Origin: Zygnema circumcarinatum SAG 698-1b
Taxonomy: Eukaryota; Plantae; Zygnematophyceae
NCBI GenBank assembly: GCA_037447605.1
Contig: CM074808.1
Location: 3,472,001 to 3,536,000, forward strand
DNA: 64,000 nt
Direction of reading: 5' to 3'
The notes below the pieces were generated by a model. The model searched no databases, was not told the DNA's origin, and saw nothing but the letters and a program-made list of their open reading frames with translations. The translations under genes and the position numbers were made by a program. Position 1 is the stretch's first letter; each line of letters starts with the position of its first letter. Of the stretch, positions 1-11,002 are shown piece by piece.

Positions 1-110
1 CGAGTCAGTACAAAGAACATATCGTATGTATCGATTTAGTACTGATAATACATCGCCTGTATCGAGTCAGTACTGAGTACATATCGCATATATCGAGTCA
101 GTACGGAGGC
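1..110. repeat. 31-bp period tandem minisatellite (about 3.5 units; may extend beyond the window edge)
   Basis: Units start at 1, 32, 63 and 94 with core CGAGTCAGTAC (CGATTTAGTAC in unit 2), followed by similar ACATATCGCATGTAT-like tails. Confidence 0.8.
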
Positions 111-163
111 CAACCGTACTTTCTGCATTCCACAACAAATCGCGCCATGCCGACTTGGTTTTT

Positions 164-253
164 CCAATCAGTGATTGACACGTGTACCGACTAGTCCACC
201 CTATGACTGCCACGTGTTTTCCGCTTGACATGAGCCAATCTCTGCCTGCCACG
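164..253 (+). promoter_or_regulatory. Two ERSE-type CCAAT-N10-CACG elements plus three G-boxes
   Basis: CCAAT 164-168 + 10 nt + CACGTG 179-184; CCAAT 235-239 + 9 nt + CCACGTG 249-255; additional CACGTG at 211-216. All lie about 100-190 bp upstream of the likely ATG at 355. Confidence 0.65.
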
Positions 254-354
254 TGACTGCCCTTTTTTCCTGCTGGTGAGGTCGAGGCAGCCATGGCGGC
301 AGGGTTGCTCTTGCAAGAGCTCTTGCTGAAGGTTGAAGGAGGCGCGTCTGTTCC

Positions 355-2950
355 ATGGAGGCCACTGCTGAAAAGTGAGTTGATCCCTTCTCGTCCGTCC
401 ACTTCTCCTCCCGCAGATTCCTGGCAGCCATGGCATTCCGGGAGGTGCTGTTGTGTTCTTGCTTGACGGTAGCATGTGCATGCAGGAAGAGATACGTGCA
501 GTGGCAATATAGGAAGTAAATCATATCGCGTTATTTTTATTCATTTTTCTGATTCGTATGCAAAGATTCGTGGACAGACCGAAGGTGGCAGTGCTTGGGC
601 TTGGTATCCTCGGTTGCGCTATCGCCCTTCGCCTGCAAAGCCATGGCTTCTCCGTCTCTGGATGGACGCGCAGTTCCACACGACAGCATCATCTGAGCAC
701 CCTCGGCCTTCAGGCACGTACGTCCGTCATCTGGAAATTGCAGGAGTTCCTGCAACTTATGATCACCGATAAAAAAAAAGTCAAAGTCAAGTCAAGCACT
801 TTCCTTTCTTTCCCTTGTCTTGGCTTTTTTTTGCTTCAAAGTTGCTCTTTTTTTTTTTTGGATGGTTTTTTTGGCTTTCTTGCGGCAGATGAAGGGCAGT
901 GTGGAGAAAGCTGTAGCTGCTGCCGACGTTGTGCTACTTCTGCTCCCTGACTACCAATCTATTCAAGATGCCCTTATCGGTTCTCCTGCTGCAGGATTCC
1001 TCAAAGGAAAATCGGTATGACATTCGTGAGGTTTATAGGAGATAGCATTTTCGCTATTAAGGCTTGTACATTTGGCGTGTTCGTTCATGTTTCAATTTTG
1101 GCTCATCTGGACAGGTTAGATTTACCAGCTAGGTTTTTTTCTTCAATGGGTTTTACCTGCATGTATAATGGGTCTTACTTGCACTCGTTTGCAAGCAGAG
1201 ATACCTTCCTGTCATCAGCCCTTCTTTTTTCTCTTTTTCAAAACATACCGTGTTTTTAAAAAAATATCTTCACCTCAAGCTTAATCACATTAGCACGAGA
1301 GAGTATTGAGTATGTGCAAGAGCGACGAAGTGAGATTGGAGTTCTTCTGCACTGTGCAGGTCCTGCAAATGGGAACCATCAGCTCTCATCAGAGCCGAAC
1401 ACTTGCCAGTGAGATTGAAAAACGGGGTGGGCTGTATGTCGAAGCTCCTGTAAGGACTATAAACTTGACTCATATTTTTTGGCAGGGTGAACAGTGGAGC
1501 ACTGGGTGGCCAAAAATGAGGAAATGCCTCCCGATGTTCTTATTGCATGATGTCCTATCATTCCTTAACAGGTACAAGGATCCCAAGGAGAGGCCAGCAA
1601 AGGTATTCTGCAGATTATGGTGGGGGCTCACCATATGCCCACTGAGAGCAGCAGCATAGGGCAGGTCCTGGCTACACTTGGGCAGCAGCGCATTCACGTC
1701 GGCCCTGTTGGGTCTGCAGCTGCTGTGAGCTTTCGTTGAAACCCTATATTTTGAAGGGAGATCCAGATGCAGGTGACTGATGTTGTGAATGAGCTTGAGT
1801 CACGAGGATTTATGCAATTATCGAGGGGGGGTCAGGGGTCTTAGAGAGCTTTAAATTTGCAGTCGCATTGCCATTGAAGAGTGGAGACGGCCAAGTGCTA
1901 GAGGGTTGATAAGGGATAGGGGAAGGCATGGAAGGGCAGCTCAAGCTGGCCATGAACCATATTCTGGCTGCGGAGACCATTGCGTTTTCAGGCTCTTTGG
2001 GAGTGGTTATGGCGAACGATGTGCCAATCGACACATTCATGGTACAACAACCAGCATTGCAGAATAGCATTAGTCTTACATGTTGATATTTCACCTCGTT
2101 AATTCATGGTTCCTGGTTACAAATCAAAGCAGCACGGAAAGCAGTCTCCAATGGTAGGTGCTGGATTCATGACTAGTTGCGAGCATGTTGCAGCATGATT
2201 TAGGCAGCCAAAGTGAAACATGCTTGTTTGATTCTTTCCGCAGTTTGTGTCTAGACTGTCATTAAGGACGAAGGCAAGTCTGCTTATGCGTATTCAAGCT
2301 ATTCGTCGTAGTGGGTTGGGGGCAATGGAAGGACGTGCTGCGAGGTAGCGCCATGCACGCAAAACAATACGACAAAAAGCTTTCCAAAATGTTGGAACAT
2401 GATTACGCCAATGCGAATTTTCAGACACGCCACCTCCTGAAGGTAATTTCCATTCTGTTCCTGCATTGGTTAATTGCAGATTGCAGGAAATCTGAATGCA
2501 TTTCCAAATGGGAAAATTAGTGGAGGTTGATTATGACAAAGCCTGTGCACCTTCGTTCTTCCGGTTTTTTTCTTTATGGCGATGGTTTTGTTACAAGCTC
2601 AGATGACTGAAAGTTTGAGACTGAGCCGGCCAGATACAAATGTGCAGGATGTAGATCTTTTCAGAGAGGAGGCGGAAGCTGCAGGCTTGATCACAGCGCC
2701 TGTGAAGGTGAGTCCCTTTTTCTGATGCACAATAATGTGTAGGAAAAAAGGATAATAGACAAATTAAAGGAAATAGACCAGATTTGAGGAGTTCTAGTTG
2801 ATGACTATGACGGCGGAGGTGGGCGCTGCGCCGCATGGATGGATGCAGGGTCTTGTTGCTGCAGTGCAAGCAACAATAACGAAGGGGTTTGCGGAGTCTG
2901 ATTATTCCGCTGTTTTTGAGGGTGCGGGATTGCCATTGCACAAAAAATAA
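355..2950 (+). CDS. NAD(P)-dependent beta-hydroxyacid dehydrogenase (3-hydroxyisobutyrate dehydrogenase / glyoxylate-succinic semialdehyde reductase family), about 300 aa
   Basis: Exons: 355-374 (likely; alternative start ATG 558), 566-713, 889-1014, 1360-1449, 1572-1724, 1940-2041, 2332-2442, 2648-2707, 2849-2950. Rossmann motif VAVLGLGILG, QMGTI, EAPVQGS, catalytic-Lys motif GSAAALKLAMNH, NFQTRHLLKD and DYSAVF. The intron at 714 has a GC donor. Confidence 0.9.
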
Positions 2951-4493
2951 CATGTAGGAAGCCGTAGTGTTAACCAGCGATGGTGTTGTTCAATTCAGTA
3001 GGAAAGTAAATAAGAATAGCTCTTTGGCCACACAGTCTTAGATAGTGTGTGTCGAGCATGCTCGTATGTTGTGGACGTATAGATGACAAACACAACCTTC
3101 GAGGTCGGTCATGGCAGAGAGTCATTGAGGACCGCTGTAAAACGGAAAAAGCATGGCGCTTGACTGTAACTGTTAACTGGGACTGTAGATTTTCTGTATA
3201 TTTCTCTGTAGAATCCAAGTTCCATGTTTGCTTTAGATTTGGCGGCGCTTGGGCGACCGTTGAACGCGACCCTCGCGTTGCGAACCGCGACCTGCCTGGA
3301 GCGGGCAGTCCACAGCCAGTGACAACATGCCACGTGCTTTCCGCGTGGCATAACTTGAGCCTTTCTATACGACTTTTTTTGGGGACCTTGACCGCGGGCA
3401 GCCCAAACTCACTTTCTGCCCTGAATATGCCCGACACGTGGCAGCGGCAGTGCACCATTTGCTAAAACAAACAAGGTCTTAAGTGACCTAATTTTCTCTC
3501 CCTGTAAAAGTCAAAGTTGGGCCACCCTACGGTTCGCCCCGGCAAACCCGATTTTTTGAATGACGCTCGCAGAATCTACGGCCAGCCAATCCGTGCTGCC
3601 GGTTGGGTATGCAGACGTATTCCGTCGTTTTGCGCACGTGTCGTCAAAAAATTGCCGGCTACCGTACCTTCGGGCGGCCTGACGTGCCGTACGGATGAAG
3701 TTTCACCTGCCCGTGGAGAATCTTCGTGCAAGCGAAATCGCGGTGGGCCCACTGACGGCCGCCCGGGCGCGGCACTTTCACGACAAAAACGACCAAGGAA
3801 ACCGCAACATCTGACCATCTGGGAACAGAATGTCGGTGCTCGTCATCAGTGGCAGGTGGCCACGTGGACAGGTTGGAGCCAAGATTTGGGGTGTGTGAAT
3901 TGAACCGTTTTGTGTGCCGTTAGGGAGATCGTGCACACTTGGCATTACAGCATTGGGTCCGAGGATGCCATTAAATTCGAAAAAAACGGAAAGCGCCCGC
4001 ATCTCGCTCTGATTCGAGCAGGATTGGGCGCTTTCACTTTAAGAAGAAACACCTGCCAGCTCTTCACTAAAGACAAAGTGAAATCATTGGGAATCTGCAC
4101 GGCGCCAGCAAATATCTCTTATCCGTACGCTTACAACGAGAGCCTCGAGAGTCGTCCGTACACACGGAGGCGTGCATGCAGCCATATAGTACGGTTATGT
4201 ACGGACCTCTGCCGTACTCGGCCCCCATTTGTCCACCCGCCATTTATGCCGCCCCGTCCATGTACGGCCGCTTGTCAGAATTCCAAACTGGAAGCGTGTG
4301 CAGGAGACGAAAATTGAAAAATTGCGTGTGCAGGCGTCCTCAAATAAGGGGATTTGGCCTAAAGGTAAAAAAGGTTCTCCCCTTCAATTGAATTTGGGAA
4401 TAGCCGCATACAAGGAATGTACGGTCAAAACTGTATCTCACTTTCTCCTTTCTAGGGATTTTATGGTATTTAAGGTTAAATGCCATAAATCAA

Positions 4494-5196
4494 GGAAACT
4501 GACAAATCCACCCCTTTTTTGGATCGACACACCCTTTGTTTCGCCTGGCAGATTTTAAAATAGAAAAAAAAGGTTCTGAAACGGAAAATGCTTTTTTCAC
4601 ACCTTTTTGTGATCGATACACAGCTTTATCCATCGGGCAGATTTTATTTTACAAAAATAGGTCGAAACCCTAAAAACCCATTTAAGCCCAAAAAAATCCC
4701 CTTTTTTGCATAAAAAAGCGTAAACTGAACAGGCTGAAAAACCCACTCACAGTGGCGATGCCATCATATGCACACAGCTCTCTTTCTTCTTGAATTAGCG
4801 ACACCACGGCTCTACAAACTGCTGCAAACTCTTCAATTCATTCAACGACCAGTTGCACCCAAGCCTCGCATGGCTCATCCAGAAGTTTCCACCTCCCTCG
4901 TGGTTCCATCCATCACCAATTACTCAAAATAACGTCCTTCGAATCCACCATAGTTTAGGAAGATCCTCACACGAATTGCTTGCAGGGGGGCAGCGCAGGG
5001 CAGACGCTCTTTAGGGTTTTGACATCTTTCTTTCGTGTAAAAGAAACTCTGCCCGACGGAAAAAGGTGTGGTGTAGATCCAAAAAAGGCTCGAAAAGAGC
5101 ATTTTCCGTTTTTAAACCTTTTTGGTCGATTCTAAAATCTGCCCGGCGAAAAAAGGGGTGTGTCGATCCAAAAACGAGGTGGATTTATCTGTTCCC
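4494..5196. mobile_element. Non-autonomous Mutator-like/foldback element with about 185-bp terminal inverted repeats
   Basis: Left arm 4494-about 4675 (GGAAACTGACAAATCCACCCC...) is the reverse complement of the right arm, about 5005-5196. Flanks TAAATCAA (4486-4493) and TAAACCAA (5197-5204) form an 8-bp TSD with 1 mismatch. No transposase ORF inside. Confidence 0.85.
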
Positions 5197-6239
5197 TAAA
5201 CCAATCTCAATTTGACCCATAAATATGCTATCTTTGATATTTACGGCTGTTGCCTTATTCGATGATGACTGCGTTATCTGCCTTAAAGGCCCCAGCGGTA
5301 AGCCGTACCCGGCCGTACGATCGCACTAAAGTCCAAAGGCCGTACGCCACGCTGACTCTTGACGCTTAGCGCGCAGCCCCTGTTTGCGGGCTTGTCGTGT
5401 AGGGGCCGCCTGCGCAGGCCCGCGCCGACACAGATCGGGCCTCGCCGGCGATTCCCGGACCGGCCGTTTGGGTCCTCCCCCCCGCGAGAATAACGAATGG
5501 GGGGCGGACACGTGGCGTAGCTAACCGACGTATTTTTGCTTACCTGAGTTCAACGTAGAGCGGGCAGGATCGCAAAATTCGAGAAGTGCAGACGTGGAGG
5601 CTTCTGGAGCCGGCCAAAACATCGTTGACTTGGAGATCCACTGTTTATTTCCCGTTACCGGACAGATCAAGGTCAAGGGTAGCGTGGTGAATCTAGGAAA
5701 AAAGTGGATCGGGTGGATCCCATCCCAGGGCAGGTGCGGACGGCAGGGCGCCCATTGGGTGACGCGCGGTCAACCACGCGAAGGGGGCCGGCCGGGCGGC
5801 GAGATGGACACGTGGCGCCGCGCGAGTGGCCCATTTTAAAGAGGGCACATGGAGAGCAGGCCAGAGGTGGGGAAACATTTTTGTAAATATTTTTCCCCTC
5901 GGTCTATGGCCATGACTTATGGGGTGGCGTGCTGAAGGGAGCAAACAGGCGGGGCTGCAGGGCTTGGCTATGGCGGACGGGCTGAGAGAGAGAGAGAGAG
6001 GGCGGCGGGCGTGAATAGCACTCGCAGGACACAGAGAGAGAGAGTGAGAGAGAGAGGGGGTGGGGACGTGGCGAGAGAAGTGCGTATAGATAGACGGTGA
6101 GAGGTGAGTGGTGAGAGGGAGGAGAGGGGAGTGGAGTAGGGAGCGAGGAGGAAGGAGAGGAGAGCGGATTTTTTTTTTAAGAAAAAGAAAGGATATAGAA
6201 GTAGACAGAGGAGGAGAGTATAGCATGCAGAGCTGAAGC

Positions 6240-7122
6240 ATGCGCTCCCAGTCGGAATGCGATACTACGCAGGCGCAGCATGGCGGCTCTGAACCATCGC
6301 AGAAGGGTGCGGTTCTGCGCCAAACTTCCATGGAGGAGGTGAGAGCTGCAACGAAAGCCGCGGCTGCCATCCGCGCCCCTCCCACTGTGGTGTCCGTCAG
6401 AAGCCTGGAGGCTCAGGAGAAGCAGGAGAGGAGGAAAGGGAGGCTCTGGAGGACCATGAGCCGAGTGAACGATGTGCCGCTTCAGCCGGCGTTCAATCCG
6501 GAGCTTCTGACGAACCAGAAGAGGGAGTGGACGTACTTGCAAAGGCACAATGCGGTGAGATTTGTGGATGTGGCGATGGTAGGGGGAGAGGGAGAGGAGG
6601 GGCAGGAGGTCTTGGAGTTGTTTGGAGTGTTTGATTCTTTTTTGGAGGGATAGGATGAGTGAAGTTTCTTAGGCTGTGTTCTTGTGAAAAATGTGTTCGA
6701 GCCACTCAGGGAGGGTCTGTATTTAAAAGAGTAGAGGGTGAGCGAAGGGTCCCAACAGAAAGGTAGTGTAAGGTGGCAGAAGCTAATGCCTATATAAGCT
6801 ACGTGTTTAAAGAAGTCCTTAGCTTGTGAAGATTTTTGTGCGACGATACAGAGGATGAGCAAATTCAGTACTCCTGATTGTACGCGTTAGTATCGGATAT
6901 CTTCAGTAGAGAAGGGAAGCTTCCAATTCTAGTACGTTTGCTAATGCACCTAGTTTGGTTTCAAACAATCTTCATTAGACACACAGAGTTGTGAAAGAAC
7001 TCGAACGACGAGTGGCATCAGTTAATGTCTATATTCCAAGTATTTCGCATGCGAGAAACACGGTTTTCCTGCAGCAACCAGTCACACTTCCTCTTCCCCC
7101 CGCCTAGCTCTCTCCCCTCCCC

Positions 7123-7181
<59 letters not shown>

Positions 7182-10100
7182 CCTCTCACATGCACGCAAT
7201 AGCACATTCGGTATTGGCGCCGCGGTGCGTGACAGGCGAAGCAGGAGCAGAGCGAGCCCAAGCGGCTGTTCGAGCACTTTGTGGTGGTGGGCCTCCCTCC
7301 CACCGCGGATGTGGAGGCTGTTGTGGCGGCCTTCAAGCAGAGGAAGCTCTCTGAGGGGAGGGAGAGGGCGGAGAGAGCGGGAGAGAGCAGGGACTATAGA
7401 GGGCCCTCTACTCCCTCTCTGGAACCCGAGGTCAGTGAACTGCCACTGAGAGTGAGAGAGCAAGAGGGGAGAGAGCGAGAGGGGAGAGAGCAAGAGGGGA
7501 GAGAGCAAGAGGGGAGAGAGCAAGAGGGGAGAGAGCAAGAGGGGAGACAGCAAGAGGGGAGAGAGCAAGAGGGGAGAGAGCAAGAGGGGGGACAGCAAGA
7601 GGGGAGAGAGCAAGAGGAGAGAGAGCAAGAGGGGAGAGAGCGAGAGAGACGGAGAGAGTGGGGGGGGGGGGGTGGGTGGGGTCAGAGAGGTGTGCTGCTG
7701 AAAGCTTTTAGAAGTTGTTGGTTTCGAGGTTAATAAAGTGGGGTGCTTTGCAGATATTGTTTCAATACCCTCCGAGAAAGAGGTTGGCTTTGCGGGATCT
7801 TCCAGGCTTTTGTTTTCCAAATGGAGTGCAGGTGAATAAAATCTCCTTCGCTTCATTCGTCGATTTAATGATGAGATTGTATTCTTTCTAGGAGAAGCTC
7901 TTTAATCACCAAATGTTTCTCCTGTNNNNNNNNNNNNNNNNNNNNNNNNNNNNNNNNNNNNNNNNNNNNNNNNNNNNNNNNNNNNNNNNNNNNNNNNNNN
8001 NNNNNNNNNNNNNNNNNNNNNNNNNGGTTTTCATTGTCCTTGAATCAGTCGTTTGCCCCGTTTTTGAAGAATTCTGAAGTAACGCCACACAAAAGAAATA
8101 TACAGAGATATTGCATCAACTCGAAAACCCCCAAAACACAATATTTGCCAACTCTCCACTTTCCCCCGCCCCCACCTTCCCTCCCCTCCTCCAAGATACT
8201 CAAAACTACCAGAAAGTTTGTAACTCAAAACCCAGAAAACCGAAACCGGAAAACCTCTCCTGAGCTTCTTTACAGGGCGTTCTCTCTGCTATCGTCATCT
8301 CTCTCATTCCCATGCTCAGGCCCTTCATCTGGCAGAGTGTGCTGCTGCCTGTAAGCTTTCATCCTTCAGAACTCTCGTGCAGGTCTCACTCACTATCGCC
8401 TGCATTTTTCTTTCTGATGCGATCAACTTCATGCACAGAATGTTGCAGCAATGTTAGCTCCCATACCCGTAATGCTGATTGGTTTGAAAGTGCTTGCTTT
8501 CTAAGAAGTAGAGCCTTTGTGCTGCTTTTTCCTGTGCAGATCCTTCCCTCTGATTTGTTGGCCTTTTTGGACGCTCCTGTTCCCTTCATTGTGAGTGGTT
8601 ATTCTGAGCACCTTTTGAACTTGGAAATGGACAGAGTGTGAGAGAAAGATGAACGTAGAGCACAACAACCTGAACTCCCGAACGTCTTGGAAGTCGCCTT
8701 TCGGCATCTCTTTTCCTCTCACTTTCAAGTAATAGAATTCTTCCAGGAACTGCCTTTCCTTTTTTGAACATTTCTCACCTGAGGTCCGAATGGCGAGAGG
8801 ATACAGGTCGGTTTGCAGTACAAGACAGCGGAAGTGCGGAGCAAAACTTCGCACGTCATTCGAGTGAACGTGTACAAAGACAATGTGATTCCCCCTCCCC
8901 CTCCCTCTCCCCACCCCCTCCCCCCTTCCCTCTCCCCATCACCACTCCCTCCCCCTCCCCCTCCCCCTCCCCCTCCCCTCCCCTCCCCCTCCCCTCCCCT
9001 CCCCCTCCCCTCCCCTCCCCTCCCCCTCCCCCTCCCCTCCCCTCCCCTCCCCCTCCCCCTCCCCCTCCCCCTCCCCCTCCCCTCCCCCTCCCCTCCCCCT
9101 CCCCCTCCCCTCCCCCTCCCCCTCCCCCTCCCCTCCCTCTCCCCACACTGGCATTAGTTGATATACTCAGCATCACTGACCTGATACATGAACTATTCGG
9201 AATCACCTCCCCAATTCCGGGCATGCCCATCATCTTAGCTATCTTTAGTCCCCTCCTTGCCGGTGTGCAGGTGAAGGTCCCCTCCCCCTCCCCTCCCATC
9301 CCTCTCCGCGCGCAGATCCGCGCCGCCCTGCAGCCCATTCATGGCCGACTTGCGGCGGACTTTGAGGCGGGCAGGCAGCCCGTGCACAGGGCGAGTGGAG
9401 AGCAGGTGGGATTCGCTTCTTCTCTTCTTAAGTATCGCCATCATGTTGGTACCAACATGATGGTACCAACCATCATGTTGGTTGGTTGATGGGTTATTTC
9501 TTCGTGGAACAGTCCCGTAGGGAGTAGGGAGAATTTGCATATGGGTTAGGAGAGGATTTGAGTGGAAAGTTGACGTGCTTCGAAAGGTTTTGGTGGAGGT
9601 TTTGTCAGGCTGCTCTGGCGAGGAAGTTTTTGAAGATAATTCGCGAGTTTTTGGAAACCTTTTGCGCCAATTTGGAGCTTCATACGATCACTGATGTCCG
9701 GCCGGGAGGGGAGCGGGTGAGCTTCTGCTCTTTGGATAGAGACAGGAAGAGCTGGGTTATTGTTTTTATTATCATGTTTCATTTATCTCATTGTCTGGTG
9801 ATCTTTCTTTGTACTTAAAAAGCAATGAGTTGCGTGAAACTGTAACTTGTTCAGGAAGTTAGAACAAGTAACTTCCTGAACAGAGAAATGAATATGTTCC
9901 CTTGCCGAATTTCTATATTCTGGTTCAGTGAAATTTCTCATATGCGAGAAACCGTCAGAAAGGAGATAAGTTATGGCTGCTTAAAGTTTGCCTCCCTGCG
10001 CCATGCAGGTGTCTCTGCTTCTTAAAGACAGTTTTGTGGCCTCCTTTCCTCCTAAAGACCGATCGTTCATGAAGGTGAGCCATGATAGTTTGTGGGATTC

Positions 10101-10362
10101 CCATCGCGCTGACATACACTGATGCTCTCCCTCTTTCACTCAGAGCCATTTCTACTCACTCACTCTTTCGCTCTCCCTCCCTCTTTTCACCTGCACCTCG
10201 CTGCCTTCCCTTAAGCACTTTCTTTCTTTCAATGCCCAGACTTGAACTGGTTCCCTCCCTTTCGCCTCCAATTTTCTCTCCTTTATGCAGCATTTTTCAG
10301 AGACGCAGCTTTTTGCCGTCCATTCGGATGCAGTCCTTTCCACAAGTGAAGTTGAAGCATGA
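6240..10362 (+). CDS. DENN (AEX-3) domain protein, putative Rab GEF; middle exons missing in the scaffold gap
   Basis: Exons: 6240-6554, 7236-7430, [gap], 8320-8350, 8540-8590, 8807-8884, 9271-9405, 9609-9716, 10009-10074, 10291-10362. Motifs FNPELLTNQKREW, LFEHFVVVGL, RPFIWQSVLLP, LDAPVPFIVG, HTITDV, VSLLLKDSF and ETQLFAVHSD match plant DENN proteins. Confidence 0.88.
7458..7640. repeat. 15-bp tandem repeat (GAGCAAGAGGGGAGA) x about 12 in a DENN intron
   Basis: Direct reading of the units; source of the spurious EQEGR and SPLLL ORFs. Confidence 0.9.
7926..8025. other. Scaffold gap (100 N, probably unsized)
   Basis: Run of exactly 100 N. Smaller 10-N gaps lie at 11302-11311, 23893-23902 and 38725-38734. 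Confidence 0.95.
8891..9143. repeat. (CCCCT/CCCCTC)n homopyrimidine tract in a DENN intron
   Basis: About 250 bp made almost entirely of C and T; the opposite strand is G-run rich. Confidence 0.9.
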
Positions 10363-10695
10363 GAGGCTCTCTCTCCCTTTTGAGAGAGGTGAGAAATTTG
10401 AACTTCACCGACTGGGCATTGCCCATGGGTTCCTCCTTTCCCTCTTTCTTTCTTTTCTTTTCAAGTATGGGTTTCTGCTTTTGCTTTGGTCCGTCGACGA
10501 AGTCGATTGGTCGAAACCGGTCATCAAAGTGAATAAAGTTCACTGTTTAGGTTTGTTACCTATCATTAGTGGACTAATTTTGAAAATCTTAGTAGACATT
10601 CTAGAAGTATTGAAGGCCTTAAGAATCTTTCATTTTATTTAGAGGAAAGGAGTTGAGAGAGGGAGACAGAGAGAGAGGAGCGAGTGAGAGAGAGG

Positions 10696-10727
<32 letters not shown>

Positions 10728-11002
10728 ATGGAACAGGAGGAGTGGTGGATGAATTATCAAGAAAGAGCTGTGAAGGGGTCGTACAGTTGGTCACGTTTTG
10801 GGCTACATTTTTTCAACTTCAGAGTAGATAATGTACAAAAGTACTTCGTCAAATAATTTGAAAACTATGCTTTTTATGTTCAATGGCACCTACAGCAATG
10901 ATCAAATTTTTCTTTTCGACTTTTTTTTTCTGGTTATTTAACGTAGACAAGTGGGCTTGTCTGTAGAAGCCAAACTTTTACTAAAGTGTATCATTTTGTT
11001 TA

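Noticed and set aside
1-110. CRISPR-like look (constant core plus variable about 20 nt)
   Set aside because: The variable parts resemble each other, the core is only 11 nt, there are no cas genes, and the context is eukaryotic.
7104-9489. Poly-Pro, poly-Gly/Glu, SPLLL and EQEGR ORFs (extensin- or collagen-like)
   Set aside because: These are translations of intronic simple repeats inside the DENN gene. The same applies to ORFs at 39109-39778, 11341-11865 and 61890-62771.
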